A DNA stretch of 64,000 bases, taken from the NCBI RefSeq assembly GCF_036321535.1, contig NC_087437.1, positions 85,562,001 through 85,626,000 of the forward strand. The letters are read 5' to 3'. The notes under the pieces are model-generated. The model ran no database searches. It saw nothing but the letters and a program-made list of their open reading frames with translations, and was not told where the DNA came from. The position numbers and the translations under genes were made by a program. Positions 1-12,808 of this stretch are shown here, one piece after another. Within the stretch, counting starts at the first letter, position 1. Every line of letters starts with the position of its first letter. The stretch comes from Camelus dromedarius. Taxonomy: Eukaryota.

Positions 1-55
1 TAATTTGTCACAGCACCAATAGAAAACTAAAAACACTAATTAAGATACTTTAGCA

Positions 56-411
56 TTTGCTTAAGGGTAGACATGTAAATCAATGAAAAGAAAAAAAACA
101 GTCCAGAAATAGATCCACATTTGTCTCATCAACTGAATTTTGACGAAGTTGCCATGATAAATAAATGGGGAGAGAACAAGCTTTTATGAGTAAAACAATT
201 AACTTTAATCCCTGCATCACACAGTAGTACATAAAAATTAACTCAAAATGGATCATAAACCCAAGTATAAAAGCTTAAACTACAAAACTTCTAAAAATAA
301 ACACAGGACAATATTTCCGTAACTTGAGGAAGCTAATTTTTCTTAGAAAGTAAATAAAAAGTACTATCCTTAAAAAAAAAAAACCATGAAACATTTTATC
401 AAAATTAAATA
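56..411 (+). mobile_element. Old L1 (L1M-type) ORF2 3' fragment, left part of a host element interrupted by a nested L1
   Basis: Degenerate L1 ORF2 sequence (agtccagaaatagatccacat, aaaattaactcaaaatggatcata); continues colinearly after 1763. Confidence 0.8.
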
Positions 412-1762
412 GTCATAATTCAGCATTAATTTATGATCAAAATTCTCAACAAAATGATTACAGAGGGAACATATCTCAAAGTAATGATGACCATATATGA
501 GGAACCCACAGTTAATGTCATACTCAACAGTGAAAAACTAAAAGCTTTTCTAATAATATCAGGAAAAATATAAGGATGCCCACTCTAGCCAACTTTTATT
601 CAACATAATATTGGAAGTTCCAGCCACAGCAATTAGGCAATTAGGCAAGAAAATAAAAAGTTACTCAGTTTGGAAAGGAAGAAGAAAAACTGTCACAATT
701 TTCAGATGACATGATATTAGATGTAGTAAACCCTAAAGACTCCACTGAAAGCTGTTTGAACTAATAAATAAATTCAGTAAAGTATCAGGATACAAAATCA
801 ATATAGAGAAATCTTTTGCATTTCTATATACTGATAATGAACTATCAGAAAGGCAAATCAAGAAAACAATCCCATTTACATTTGCATCAAAAAAAAAAAA
901 CCTAGAAATAAATTTAACCAAGGAGAAGAAAGACATATATATTGAAAACTATAAGACACTGATGAAAGAATTAAAGATGCCAATAAAGGGAAAGATATTC
1001 TGTACTTATGGATTAGAAGAATTAATATTATTAAAATGTCCATTGTACCCAAAGCAATCTACAAATTCAATGCAATCCCTATCAAAATTTCAATGACATT
1101 TTTTCTTGGAATTAGAATAAACAATTCTAAAACTTATATGGAACCACAAAAGATCCCAGATATCTAAAGCAACCTTGAGTAAGAAGAACAAAGCTGGAGG
1201 TATCATGCTTTTTGATTTCAAACTATACTACAAAGCTATAATAATCAAAATAGTAGGGTATTGGCATAAAAATAGACACTAGAGATCAATAGAATAGACA
1301 GCCCAGAAACAAACCAACACATGCATGATCAATTAACTTATGACAAAGGAGGCAAGAATATACAATAAGGAAAGGATAGTCTCTTCAATAAATGGTACAC
1401 ACACACTAGACTACTACTTAGCCATAAAAAAGAAAATCTTGCCATCTCCAACAACATGGATAGAACTTGAGGGTTTTATGCTAAGTGAAATAAGTCAGAC
1501 AAAGAAAGACAAATACCATATGGTTTTACTTACGTGAGGAATCTAAAAAACAAAACTCATCAATATAAAGAACAGATTGGTGGTCACTGGAGTGGGACTG
1601 GGTTGGAGACTGGCCAAAATGAGTGAAGGGTGTCAATTTTTTGATGATGGATGGTAGCAAGGCTTATTAGGGTGATCACTTTGTAATGTATACAAACATC
1701 ACACTATAATGTTGTATACCTGAAACTTATATAATGTTATATAATAAGTTTACCCCAATCAA
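412..1762 (+). mobile_element. 5'-truncated L1 (RT domain to 3' end), nested in an older L1 and internally deleted
   Basis: RT motifs GCPL (ggatgcccactc) and FSDD at 699-710 (degenerate FADD); L1 3'UTR ending in an A-tail; 11-bp TSD aaaattaaata at 401-411 and 1763-1773; several stops and frameshifts. Confidence 0.9.
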
Positions 1763-2432
1763 AAAATTAAATATTTGTGCTCTTCCAAATGTAACAACAA
1801 GGAAATACACAGTAAACCACAGACTCAAGGAAAATATTTGTAAGATATCTATCTGACATAGGACTTATATCCAAAATATATGCAGACTTTTTTAATTCAA
1901 AAGAAAAAATACGGCCCATAATAAAAGTGGTACACCAATGTTTATAACAGCAAAAAGTGGAAACAAAGTTAATACCCATCAACAGGTGAATGGATAAATA
2001 AAGATGCATGCATATAATGGGATAATAATTTGCAATAAAATTACGAGTTTCTGATATTGCAACAATAATGATGAATCTCAAAACATCATAATGAGCAGAA
2101 TTAACCAGGCACAATCAGACACAAAGGAAGTACATACTGTTTTCATTTATATGAAATTCTAGACCTAGACTAGACCAATATATCTGATAGAGATCAGGTA
2201 AGAATTACCTGAGATGGGAGGTCCCAGGGGTTTGATTACATCAAGGAATAAGCAAACACTTTAGAGTAACAGAAATATTCTAGATTTTGATTGGGGCAGA
2301 AGTTAGATAAATACATTCATTTGTTAAATGTAAATAATAAGAACAAATCATAATGGAATTTATTGAATTATAATCTTAAAACAAGTGAAATTTATTATAT
2401 GAAATTTATATGTCATAATTCATTTACAAAAA
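1763..2432 (+). mobile_element. Old L1 ORF2 end and 3'UTR, right part of the host element
   Basis: Typical L1M 3' sequence (gaaaatatttgtaagatatctatctgac, cccatcaacaggtgaatggataaata, gaatctcaaaacatcataatgag). Confidence 0.8.
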
Positions 2433-2589
2433 AGATGAATCAAGCTTAGATTAACCATTTGTCATATATCGTCTATAATATGTGATGTCATAAAATATTA
2501 TCTCTTGGTTTTAAACTCTCACACAATGTTGCATATTTAGTGTAAATAAGTCATAGGCTTCTGTGAAGTCCTTCTGCTGCAAAGTCCAT

Positions 2590-2735
2590 TATCTCTGGAT
2601 TTAAAAAGACCTGGGTTCAAAATTTGCCACTCTTTCTATTGAATAAACAAACACTAAAATTGCATGAGTCTCAGTTTTTTCACCTACAGAATTTGGATAA
2701 TAATGATTATCCTATAGGATTGTTTTGAGTATGAA
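2590..2735 (+). mobile_element. MIR SINE, 5'/core part (3' part at about 3385-3452)
   Basis: gacctgggttcaaa and core gtctcagtttttt..cacctacagaatttggataataat match the MIR consensus. Confidence 0.75.
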
Positions 2736-3384
2736 GGTTCTCTCTTACTCTTACCTGTTATAACTTCACATTTCTGAGACAAGCAAGTCCAGACGGTAAG
2801 TTGGACTTAAGCTACATTACAGGACATCAAATACACCATACTGGCCTCAATTAGAACAAAACTCTACCCATTCTCTTCCACAACCTGGGAAGAGTAATAA
2901 CATCAATTTTTGTTTAATTTTTTTGAGATGGAATAGAGAGTAAATGATCATATACCTTAGAGACATATAGAAGGAGCGCCTCCTTCATTAAAAGGGAACA
3001 GAAGAGGGATAATGAGAGTTCTTTTTATCTGTTTCTGTTTTTCCAAGACTAAAAATATATATACAAATATAAAAAAGAGAAGACTTAATGTATCCTTTCC
3101 TGAGAGATACCTTCCACTTTGAAGGGAACATGGGGCCAGGATAGGAGCCAGGAAAAGAGGCAGTGACTGGAACTGGTCTCTCAGGCTATGCTAAAGTCTA
3201 GACACTCAGGAAAGCTCGTAAAAAGAAGAAAAGCATGGTCCCTTGTTTGCCAGTATAAGAAAGCAAATAGGGACTGTGGGGAAAAAGCCCAGCCAGGGAT
3301 CAAAACTGCACATTTGACTGGAAGGCCTCCTCAGGAAACCGAATACATTGGTAGAGAGATGTAAAGAGTCATTAAAGCAGAAAG

Positions 3385-3452
3385 GAAATTGAGTAATAAC
3401 ATATGTGAGGAACTAGCACAGTGCCTAATTAGCTGTGCAATAAATATGACTT
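3385..3452 (+). mobile_element. MIR SINE 3' part
   Basis: tagcacagtgccta...gcaataaatatgact resembles the MIR 3' end. Confidence 0.55.
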
Positions 3453-6164
3453 CCTTCTCTCCTTGCCTGACTTGTGCTTAATGATGACTCTCCAACTACC
3501 AAGAACCTAAATCAGAAGGCGAGCTGGGAGCCTATTGGGACAGAAGGAAGCAACATCACTGCTTCTAATGTGTCAGTGAGGAGGCACCCCGACATCAAAT
3601 GCTGGGTAATAGCATTTTGGCTGCTCATTTGTGCTTTGGGGCAGTGCTGTCAAACCAGCAAGTTGTAAGCTGAAGCCCATAGTTTGCAAATATGGGAAAA
3701 ATGATAATTTCTGTATACTGAGATTTAAATAGCAGAGCTCAGAGAGGAAGCCTTTCTTTCATGACAGATTCCCCAAAGGTTCTAAGTTAATAATAAGCCA
3801 CCGACAGAGCTCAGGAAGCCTAGTTAGATTTCCAATCCCACCATTATTCCAGTTTAATTCAGTTTGGGGTAGAAATATTTTTGAGGTTACACTCATCTTA
3901 AAAATCTTTAAAAACATGTTGATCAAGTAGGCTGGCCCTTGAAGTCTTGAGGAAGGGCTTTGTTTTTTCCTTCCTCTTCACATGTTCATCTGTTACTAAA
4001 ATGCACACACATAATGGAAATAAAGTTTCAAACATAACGAGCACATCTTTTTCTTTTTTTAAACAAATTGAATATTGTTGCTATAAGAAAAGTGGGAAAA
4101 AAAATCTGCATTTGTGTTGCTAAATTAATAACTTTTAGAAAGATTGCAGTGTCATTTTCAAAGTCACAGTGTAGCATAAATAACTTCCTGCTGTTTTCAC
4201 CTCCTTTGTCTCATGCAGCCTGCAAAGTGCATTGAACAAATGACGCAATAGTTCCATAAATATATTGGCATCACCTAAAGTACACAGCTGTTTTGTTCCA
4301 CAGAAGAAAATATTCACCCATTACTCAAAACTGTATTGAAAACTAATGACACAGGGCTTATGTAGGAAATTATTCTGCTTTTAACACTTTATAGTGTTAA
4401 AAAATCTCCATAAAAACTATCTCCAAATACTGTACATATGTTAAGGATTGCTTAATATATGGACACATTTATGTTATTTTACATTTGCAAACACTGCATC
4501 CTGTGCATTCTGATGGCATGATACTTTATTAACAAGCCCTAAATGCACATAAAAATTAGTGAAAATGGCATAGAAAGTGTTAAAAATGTAAGTAAAGGTG
4601 ATATAATCATTAAATTTGGTTATTTTTCAAACTCAATTATATTTTAGCTGTATTATTCATTTACTATTATATGAATTTTCCTAGATTATAAGTTCATTTA
4701 ACTATAATTCATATGATAATGAAATAATTAATGCTTTTCTTATGGTTATGTATGAATTGACTTTTTCAGTTGATTTTTCTTTGGAAACACTAATTTTAGA
4801 TGCATCATTCAGAAAAAAAATGATAAATAAGTATCTCGAAGAGTAAGAGTAGACTTGAACTAAAGGAAGTATTAAATATTTTAGATGAGTTAAGAATTTA
4901 ATTTTTTACATTTAATCAATTGTCAGCATTTATAATATCCTTAGCTCTAGTAGTATCTACAGAAGCATTTATCTAAACTCATTTTCGTTGAGTTTAATTT
5001 TTTTCAGATTCTGCCTTATTCACTGAGAAAATGAAAAAGAAATTTGAGGAAGATCCTTGTTAAGTGAGGATCAGCTATCTTAAGAGCAATATTGGATCCT
5101 GTCTGCATTAAAGTGCAAATTTTGGAGCCATTTGTAAAATCTGAGTATCTGCAACATGTACCAGTGGAATGGAATTAAAATAAGGTAGATAATATCGGAA
5201 GAGGATAAACAAAAAATATTATTCTCAAGACATCATTACTGTTAAGGAAATGAATGTAGGCAGTGTGTGATGTGCAGAACTAAACCCGGAAAGAAGTTGA
5301 TGTTATTTTCATAGTTTAGACTGACTCTTGTTTCTTTTTCCTTCTGTGCCTGACAGTGTAAATGTTTAATTCTCAATACATAAATGAACTATATTGACAT
5401 GAATCCATGGGAAGACTAGTTTAGCAGATATTTAGTCCATTGTTTAGCAGTTATAGCTGAGACATTTTGGAAAGTAAGATCAACTAGACACAGGAGAATA
5501 AGTAATGTAAATAATCTTCACAGTGGATGATGAAGCACTGAAGAAACCAGATGCAAGAAAAGTGCTCTTAAGCCCAAGCCTGGAAATGGCATGTTTTATA
5601 TATACATATGTTCAGTAATGAAATGTTTAGTAAGTGGCCAATACGTGGTCAATAGTTATGTTTCATTGGCATCCCAAGTGTGTATTTACTTTGTCTTTTC
5701 TCTTTTTCAGATGTAGATGGAAAGTAAAATAAAACAAGGGGCACTAATAGGAATTTTACTCAAAATTTACATTTGTTTTCTACATCAAGTGTAATTTTGG
5801 ATTTTGAAATTGCAAACTCTGCCTGAGCAATGCCATTTATATACAAATGAAGGGTTTTTTTTCTGAAATTCCTACATATAGTCTGCTTCTACCATGAACT
5901 CTGAAGCAGAATCAGAACATCAGTATATAATTTTGAGTAGCTCTTTGAATTCCACACTTCGAAGATTCTAGTTTGACTTTTTAACTTGAATTTCTATGTA
6001 GAATTAGAATGTCATAGAACTCACTGCCTCTGAAAACAAGGACTCAGATTTATTTGCACCGTATGGTTATTGTGAAATATACACCTTAATTAAATTGTGT
6101 GTACTTTGCTAAATATCTTGAGGTAGTAAATATTTAAGAGTTAACAAAAAACCTTAAGTTACAT

Positions 6165-6422
6165 TTATTGTCCTGGAGAACAGAATCAGGACTAAGATTT
6201 GAAAAATAGAGTTAATAAATTTCCACTCAACATAAGGAAGAACTTTTAGCAATGAAAGCTATCCAAGCATAGAAAAGGCTGCATCTCAAGTAGGCAGCTC
6301 CCTGTCATTGGAATTATTCAAGCAGAAGCCAGATATATGACTATCATTTGGGGATGGTGTGCATGTAGTGAGAAGGGAGATTATGTGACCTTTAAGGTCC
6401 CTTCAAACCCTTTTATGATTGT
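6165..6422 (+). mobile_element. L3/CR1 LINE 3' end
   Basis: ctcaacataaggaagaacttt...agctccctgtcattggaattattcaagcagaag...gacctttaaggtcccttcaaaccc is the characteristic CR1/L3 terminus. Confidence 0.8.
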
Positions 6423-6984
6423 AAGTAGATGCCTGACTGAAAATAGTTTAGCACACACATGGTGATGCTGAAATATCAACATCATCAAATTCAGCCAGCA
6501 AGAGAATAAATTGGAGATATCACTGCGATTGGAGAAAACAAGTAAATTTTCTAAACTCTCATAGCAGTGAGCTGCAGGGTAAGATACTGCAATGAATCAG
6601 TGCTTGGCATGAAGGATACACAATGATTTACTGCTTCAGCCTCAGTCCATATGGAGTTACTTATCAAATGGCAGCAATTGCTGTAAAGCATGCTAGACTG
6701 AAACTGCTGCCCACTACACAAACACCCTGTAATGTCAGCGCGCTTGCTTCTACAGGTAACAAAGAACCGATGACACAGTGATTCCCTACCTCCTATCACT
6801 GCTTTGATTGTCGGGTCTAGCTAAACTCAGCCTTCAGTTATAAAACAAAAATAAAAAGGAAGATTGACATTAGGACTAAATCATATTAAAAATGAAAATG
6901 TAAATAGTGGGATTTTTTTTTTACTTTTATCAGACAGTGTACATGATGTTCTAGAATAGGTATAAAATTGAGATAAACTTTCAA

Positions 6985-7442
6985 ATCTTCTCTCCAACCT
7001 TGTCCACTCAAGGATGTATTCTGAGAGGCTGAGCTCTATGGATAGATATCAATGTGCTTTCTTGCTTCTGGCTTCTGGTTGGAATCTGACAATGGAGGGA
7101 CTGGCAGGCAGGTAGAGGGAGGAACTGGGGAAGGCTAGATTAATTACTACCCTGGCTTCCTCCCTGCAAGGTTCTTTCACTTGACTGAGTATATGACCTA
7201 GGGTCCCAGCTTTACAGTGGCCCTCTCCCTTTGGCTTCTTCGTTTCTGGTTGCAGGTAACTTCTTCCTCTCCTTCCTATCTGGACTTAGAGAAGGAAAAG
7301 GACCCCCACCATTATTGTTACTAGGTCTAGGGCATTGCCACCCTACACTCTCTGCACATCTTTGTAAATAATTCCTTAATTAAACTCTACAAATGACCCA
7401 CTTGCAGCTTGCTGTCTGTTTCCTTCCAGGTCTCTGGCACAA
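6985..7442 (+). mobile_element. ERVL solo LTR, LTR33-like
   Basis: gaggctgagctctatgga, ctggcttcctccctgc and tttgtaaataattccttaattaaactct..tgacccact match LTR33 as recalled. Confidence 0.75.
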
Positions 7443-7907
7443 AGTGCCTTGTACTCCAAGTCTTGTTTGGCCACTTAGGGTTTCACATATGTTTTAGGTA
7501 AACTCTTACTTCCCATATAGCTTATTGAGAATGAAATAAAGAATTTCAAAAACACATGCTATATGATATTATTTGTAACAATTATATTTGAGCTACATAT
7601 TTGAATGTTTCATAATTTTTAAAACCATAAATATTAGAATGGCTCTTTTTTTAAACAGTGATACAAATTGGGATACTGGCCCACCACCCCAGAGCAGTAA
7701 GCTGACTGATCACTCCACATTCATGGTATAGTTACAGAGGGGGTGTATAAATTATTTTTAGTTATGGCTAATCATGACCAATTTTGTTATTTTTCTTTAG
7801 ACTATCTAACAATGTAATTTTCTCCAGGAGAATTTGATAAACTGTCTAAACACTTTGAATCTGGCATACAAAATACAAAATACATGTTAAACGTACTTAT
7901 TACATTC

Positions 7908-8366
7908 TGTATTGGGTTGGATAATGTGTCCCAAATTGAAGTCCTTCCTGGCACCTCAGAATGTTATCTCATTTGAAAATAAGGTCTTTGTAAATGCAAC
8001 GAGGTTAAGATGAAGTCATATTAGAGTAGGGTGGGCCCTTAATCCAGTATGACTGGTTTTCTTATAATCAGAAGAGAAGAGGCACAGAGACACAGACCCA
8101 GAGGAAAGGTGATGTGAAGACAAAAGAAGAAAAAGCCATTTGAAGACATCCATCTACAAGCTAATGAATGCCAAGGAGGGCCAGAAACCACCAGAAGCTA
8201 GAATAGGCAAAAGAAGGTGCTACCCCAGAGCCTTCAAGGAGGGCATGGCCCTCATGACAACTTGTTTTCAAATGTCTATCCTCTAAAGCTGTGAAAGAAT
8301 AAATTTCTATTGTTTAAGCCACCCAGTGTGTGGTGCTTTGTTCTGGCAGCCCCAGGAAGCTAATAC
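7908..8366 (+). mobile_element. MaLR solo LTR (MLT1B/C-like)
   Basis: TG...CA ends, agagtagggtgggcccttaatcc, AATAAA followed by tgtttaagccacccagt, ending ctaataca. Confidence 0.9.
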
Positions 8367-9429
8367 ACAGCCCTATGTTACATAAATATTGCCCCACCTG
8401 CTTCTTTAAAAAAAAAAAACACACACAATTTAAAAGATAATTGCAGTTTGGAACTTATTCAAAAATAAATTTTAACTTCAACGTAATGTATTTAATTTGG
8501 TGTTTGGTCAGCATGCAAAATAAAAATACAGTGATTTTTTACGTAAATTAATTTTCATTTTTGTTATTCAGATTGATAATCATATGTCACTATTTCATTC
8601 TGGTGAAATATCTCATATTTACATGGCTGCAAATAATCTTACATTTAGGAATATATGTACTTAAAATCTAAATCACATTCCTTACATGTACTCTAAAAAG
8701 CCTGAATATAATTCAAGTTATTAGGAAGAATAGTGTTTTATAAGATACTTTGTATAGAAAAACATGTAATTATTCCATTTCAAAATTAAAGGCAATACTT
8801 AAATAACACTGAGTGGAAATAAATTGCATATTTTTATTTAGACAAGTTTAATTTACACTAACATTTTAAACATAATCCATCATTTCCATGAGCAAAAACA
8901 GAATATTTAAACAAGTCCAGGCCTGCTTTGTGTAAAGAAAACTGCTTTTGTGCAATTGTAAAAATTTTTGAAAACAAGACTTTATTTGGTTGCTTGAAAT
9001 ATTAATTCCTATTGATGCAATAGATGTTTGACGTTAATGTTATTTTAACAATATGACTTTGTGGTTAGTTTTTCTTCCATATAAATAGTACAGAAATTAA
9101 AAACAACAACAAAAAACAGATTTCATTATTTGACATGAGATAGCAGAGAGTAACCACAGCTCCTTAATTAAGTCTATGTGAGGAATAAAAGCATACTAAA
9201 ATATGTTTAAATGATTAGTAGGCTATAAATAGCAATTATAACATTTAATTTGGCTAGAATCTCAACTGATTATATAATCTTAATAAAATCAAGGTCATTG
9301 CAAGAGTCAGTTAAGTTCTAACTCTTCATTTTCAATATATGCATTTGGTGTAAAAAGGATAAGCAACGAAAGTCTATCTAAAAGAAAGAAAAAGACAAGC
9401 AAGGAAACCCATCAAAACTAGAAAACTCA

Positions 9430-10290
9430 ATTCACTAACTCATTCATTCAAGTCATTAGTTCATTAAAACTTTATTGCATGTTGGATTTATTCCAGACAG
9501 CATTCAAAATACATGTGGCAGTCAAGGGAGTGTGGTGCACACACCTCCCTCTTGAAACACTTGCAGGAGCAACTAGATCACTGCTCCTTCTAGTTTACCA
9601 CACTATTCACTCCAGGACCACTGGAAACATTCTGAAAATTGCACTGGGGTCTGAAGCTATTCTTTCCTAAGATTTCTTTGGTCCACTTTTCTTCACAAGT
9701 GTCAGACTTGTCTCATGACCTGAAGACACTCCTGTATTCTCTTGCCCCCTCCTGCTGTATCCTTCACAGGTGTTCCCCAATTAATGATCTAATATCTAAT
9801 CCCATCTTGGCATCTTTTTTGGTTCTATTCTTAGAGGACCAAAACTGACACACAAGGTCCCTGAAGAATTTCTAGTCTAAGAGGAGTAGAAGACATGCAA
9901 ATATGTGAAAATAAAGTAATCCTTTAAGTATCACGAAAAATTATGAGGACAGGTTGTTCTGACAACAAAGAGAGGTCCTCCCAAGGAGCCAGAAAACAGT
10001 TAACATTTGAACATGGTATTCTAGTTGCCTAAGAATGGATAACAGTGAATACTGAATGTAGTAGGGTCTTTTTGTTCAACACCACCTCAGTTCCTCCTAC
10101 TTTCAGATTCCTCGTGCTTCTGTCTCGGGTCCAACTGATTAATACTGGTGAGGAACACGTCAGACAGAGAGTGAGAGAGAATACAAGGTGTTCCAGGCAT
10201 AATGAATAACAGCCTCAAAAGTGAGGAGGTATGAAAGACTGAATGTGTTATGGAGAGCAGTGAGAAGCTCAGAATGCAGAGAGTGCAAGA
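9430..10290 (-). mobile_element. L2 LINE 3' end, interrupted by an LTR16-like element
   Basis: (CATT)n-like L2 tail at 9430-9470; L2 antisense motifs (gtgttccaggca) resume after 9853. Confidence 0.6.
9514..9852 (+). mobile_element. ERVL solo LTR, LTR16-like
   Basis: Starts tgtggcag; ends tcttggcatct...ttagaggaccaaaactgacaca, as in the LTR16 family. Confidence 0.7.
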
Positions 10291-10329
10291 CTTCTTCTGG
10301 TGTCGTTGTTACCTACTTGTTCCTCATTT

Positions 10330-11190
10330 ACAACTCTGAGACTTGTCTTTATGATCGATCTGGCACCCGTGACTTCAATGACCAGGTATATGGTAATAAT
10401 TTACAAATCCACACCACCAGTCGGCATCTCTCTCCTGAGCTCCAGCTGCCTCTGTACCTCTCTGCCTCTGTATATTATAAGCACATTAATTCTTCATGTT
10501 GCAAACAGTTATCTACTCCAGTCTTCTTCACCTGCCTCATGTTACCAAAACAGTGAATCATTCGTCTTCATCATTCTCCAGGAACATTTCTACCCAGGTA
10601 CACACATCATAAGGTATCATTCTTGACTCTTTCCGTTTTCCCATCATTCTGCTCCCCAATCCAATTTAGTAATTTACCAAGTTATATTAATTTTTTCTTT
10701 AAATTCTTTCAAATCCATCCCTTCTCCATACCCTAACAGTTACTGCCATAGTACAAAATCCAGTTATCTCTCATATCAGTTATTTCAAGAATAACGTAAT
10801 TGGTCCTTTTGTCCCTGTTCTTTCCCACTCAAATACTTGTTCCACACAGCTACAGAATCCAAAATATACATGTGATTGTATGATTGTCCCATTTAAAATT
10901 CTTTAGTGGATGCAGTATAAAATATAAACTCCTTTTCCCTATGGAAGGTATTTTATTTTTTACATCTTTGAAAAATTTTGTCTTTATTATTTTTACTTCT
11001 CTCAATCTCATTCCAAAATACAAATATTAACACACACATCCACACACATGCAACTCCCATCCTGACTATTTATCAGTTACCAGGTCACTTTTTTCTTTGT
11101 TTTCTCTCTGTAATTTAAATTGTAATTCCCACTGACTGGACTGTTCTTTACACACTCTTTACAAGGCAATCCCCTTAATCATCCTTGAGA
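10330..11190 (+). mobile_element. L2 LINE fragment including a decayed RT motif
   Basis: ORF 10221..10556 contains FNDQVYGNNLQIHTTSRHLSPELQ, a decayed form of the L2 RT segment FNYHLYADDSQIYISSPDLSPELQ; downstream pyrimidine-rich L2 sequence. Confidence 0.75.
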
Positions 11191-12142
11191 GAGCATGTCT
11201 TTATTATCTAAATGCAAAAACATGCCTCTTAAATTATCTACAGAAAAATGTGTCTTTTTTTGGGTATTTGTGAATGTGTGTGTGGCTCCTTGGCTAAGGA
11301 TGCCAGTGCCTACACAGACACAAAATCCCCAGAGTTAACTCTCAGAGCACCAGTGCCAGCAGTCATCATAAAATGCCATCAGGTTAAACTGGGTAGTAAC
11401 TGATATAAAGAAATAAATGAAAGGAAAGCAAAATGTTATATCAGTAAGTCAACCCTGACTCCTGAAATAATATCCTGTCACAGTGAGATTTCTGTATATA
11501 GGTCCATTTTTAGATGTGTGCCACCTTAAAAAAAAATCTAGACAATTTTAGGCTCAAACTTAGGATGAAAAGCTAAAGCCTTTGGATATCAATAAACAGT
11601 TAAATGGGTGGTCAAAAATACACTGGGTTATTTCGTAGTGGGATACTAGCTGTAAAAAATAACAATTTAAGTCACTGTTGAGGTAGCAAATATAATGTAA
11701 CAGCAGAGACAAGATGACAGTTTGATGTGAAAAAATCCATCAACCCACATGGTTTGTGTGACATTGATTCTATGTAGTGGCTCTAACCTATCTATCCAGT
11801 GGAAATTTTATGAACTGAGACAACCAATGCTTTGAACCTTATGGACAGAATGGCAGAGAAGAAAAAAATAAATTATTTGGATTCATTCAATGATACATCA
11901 ATTTTCAGCTCCCATGATTTATTAATGTAACAAGAATGCACAATCAAATACCAAATAACGTTGGCACTATTCTGAGGTGAAAAATAAGCTTCTGTGGCTC
12001 TTCAAAGCAACAGAGGACCGAAAATATGAGAAACATGCAGCATTCCCTCTCCTTTTCACTAACCACCCTGCTTTAAAAAGATGTCTGATACAGTTAGACA
12101 GCCCTCTAAATTTCAAATGGCTAAAAAGTAACTCCATTTGAT

Positions 12143-12800
12143 ATCTCATTCATTTATTTAAAAAAAATGTGATAATATCATTATGTTCCAGGCATTGGTG
12201 CTCTATATTAAAGATAGAAAGATGAAAAAGACATAATTTTGATAGCAAGAACTAATCACTTATTGTGAACACCAACCACTAAAATACAATGTTCTGTGAT
12301 TGAGAGAGATTAAGTGCTGACCCTAAAAACATGAGCTCTGAAGCCAGAATACTTACGTTTGTGTCCTGACATCTTTACCTAGGAACTATGTTGCTTTATA
12401 CAAATTACTCAAACTCTATATGCTTCTTTCACGTTTATAAAATAGAAGAAAATACCAATTCCTACCTCACAGAGTGTCCAGAGGATTAAATAACTTAATA
12501 CATGCAAACTGCTGAAAACAAGGCCCCGCATATAATAACCATGTGCTCCATAATTGCTAGCTACGATTAATATTTGTGCAAAGAGATTAACAACAGTGGT
12601 TTAGAGAGGGAGATCTTTGAACACAGATGTAGGGCTGCCTTACTCGCTTTAGTGAGAAATAATCTGAAAATAATTCCAGGGAAATCACTGCTTCTCCCGG
12701 AATCTTTAGGAATGAGTAGTAGTTTCCCAGGATAAGAGGTGAGCAGGCATTTTAGCAGAGGGGACATGCACAAAGGTAAATAGCTGAGAATTTGAAAAAT
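12143..12800 (-). mobile_element. L2 3' end interrupted by a MIR
   Basis: cattcattt tail, tatgttccaggcattggtgct; resumes at about 12570 (agcagagggga..caaagg). Confidence 0.6.
12310..12565 (+). mobile_element. MIR SINE
   Basis: agctctgaagccaga, cctacctcacagagtgtccagaggattaaataacttaatacatg. Confidence 0.8.
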
Positions 12801-12808
12801 AATAATGA

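Noticed and set aside
9430..11190. Head-to-head L2 pieces as a single inverted element
   Set aside because: The two pieces appear to cover overlapping L2 3' regions, which fits independent insertions; they are too diverged to form a stable inverted repeat.
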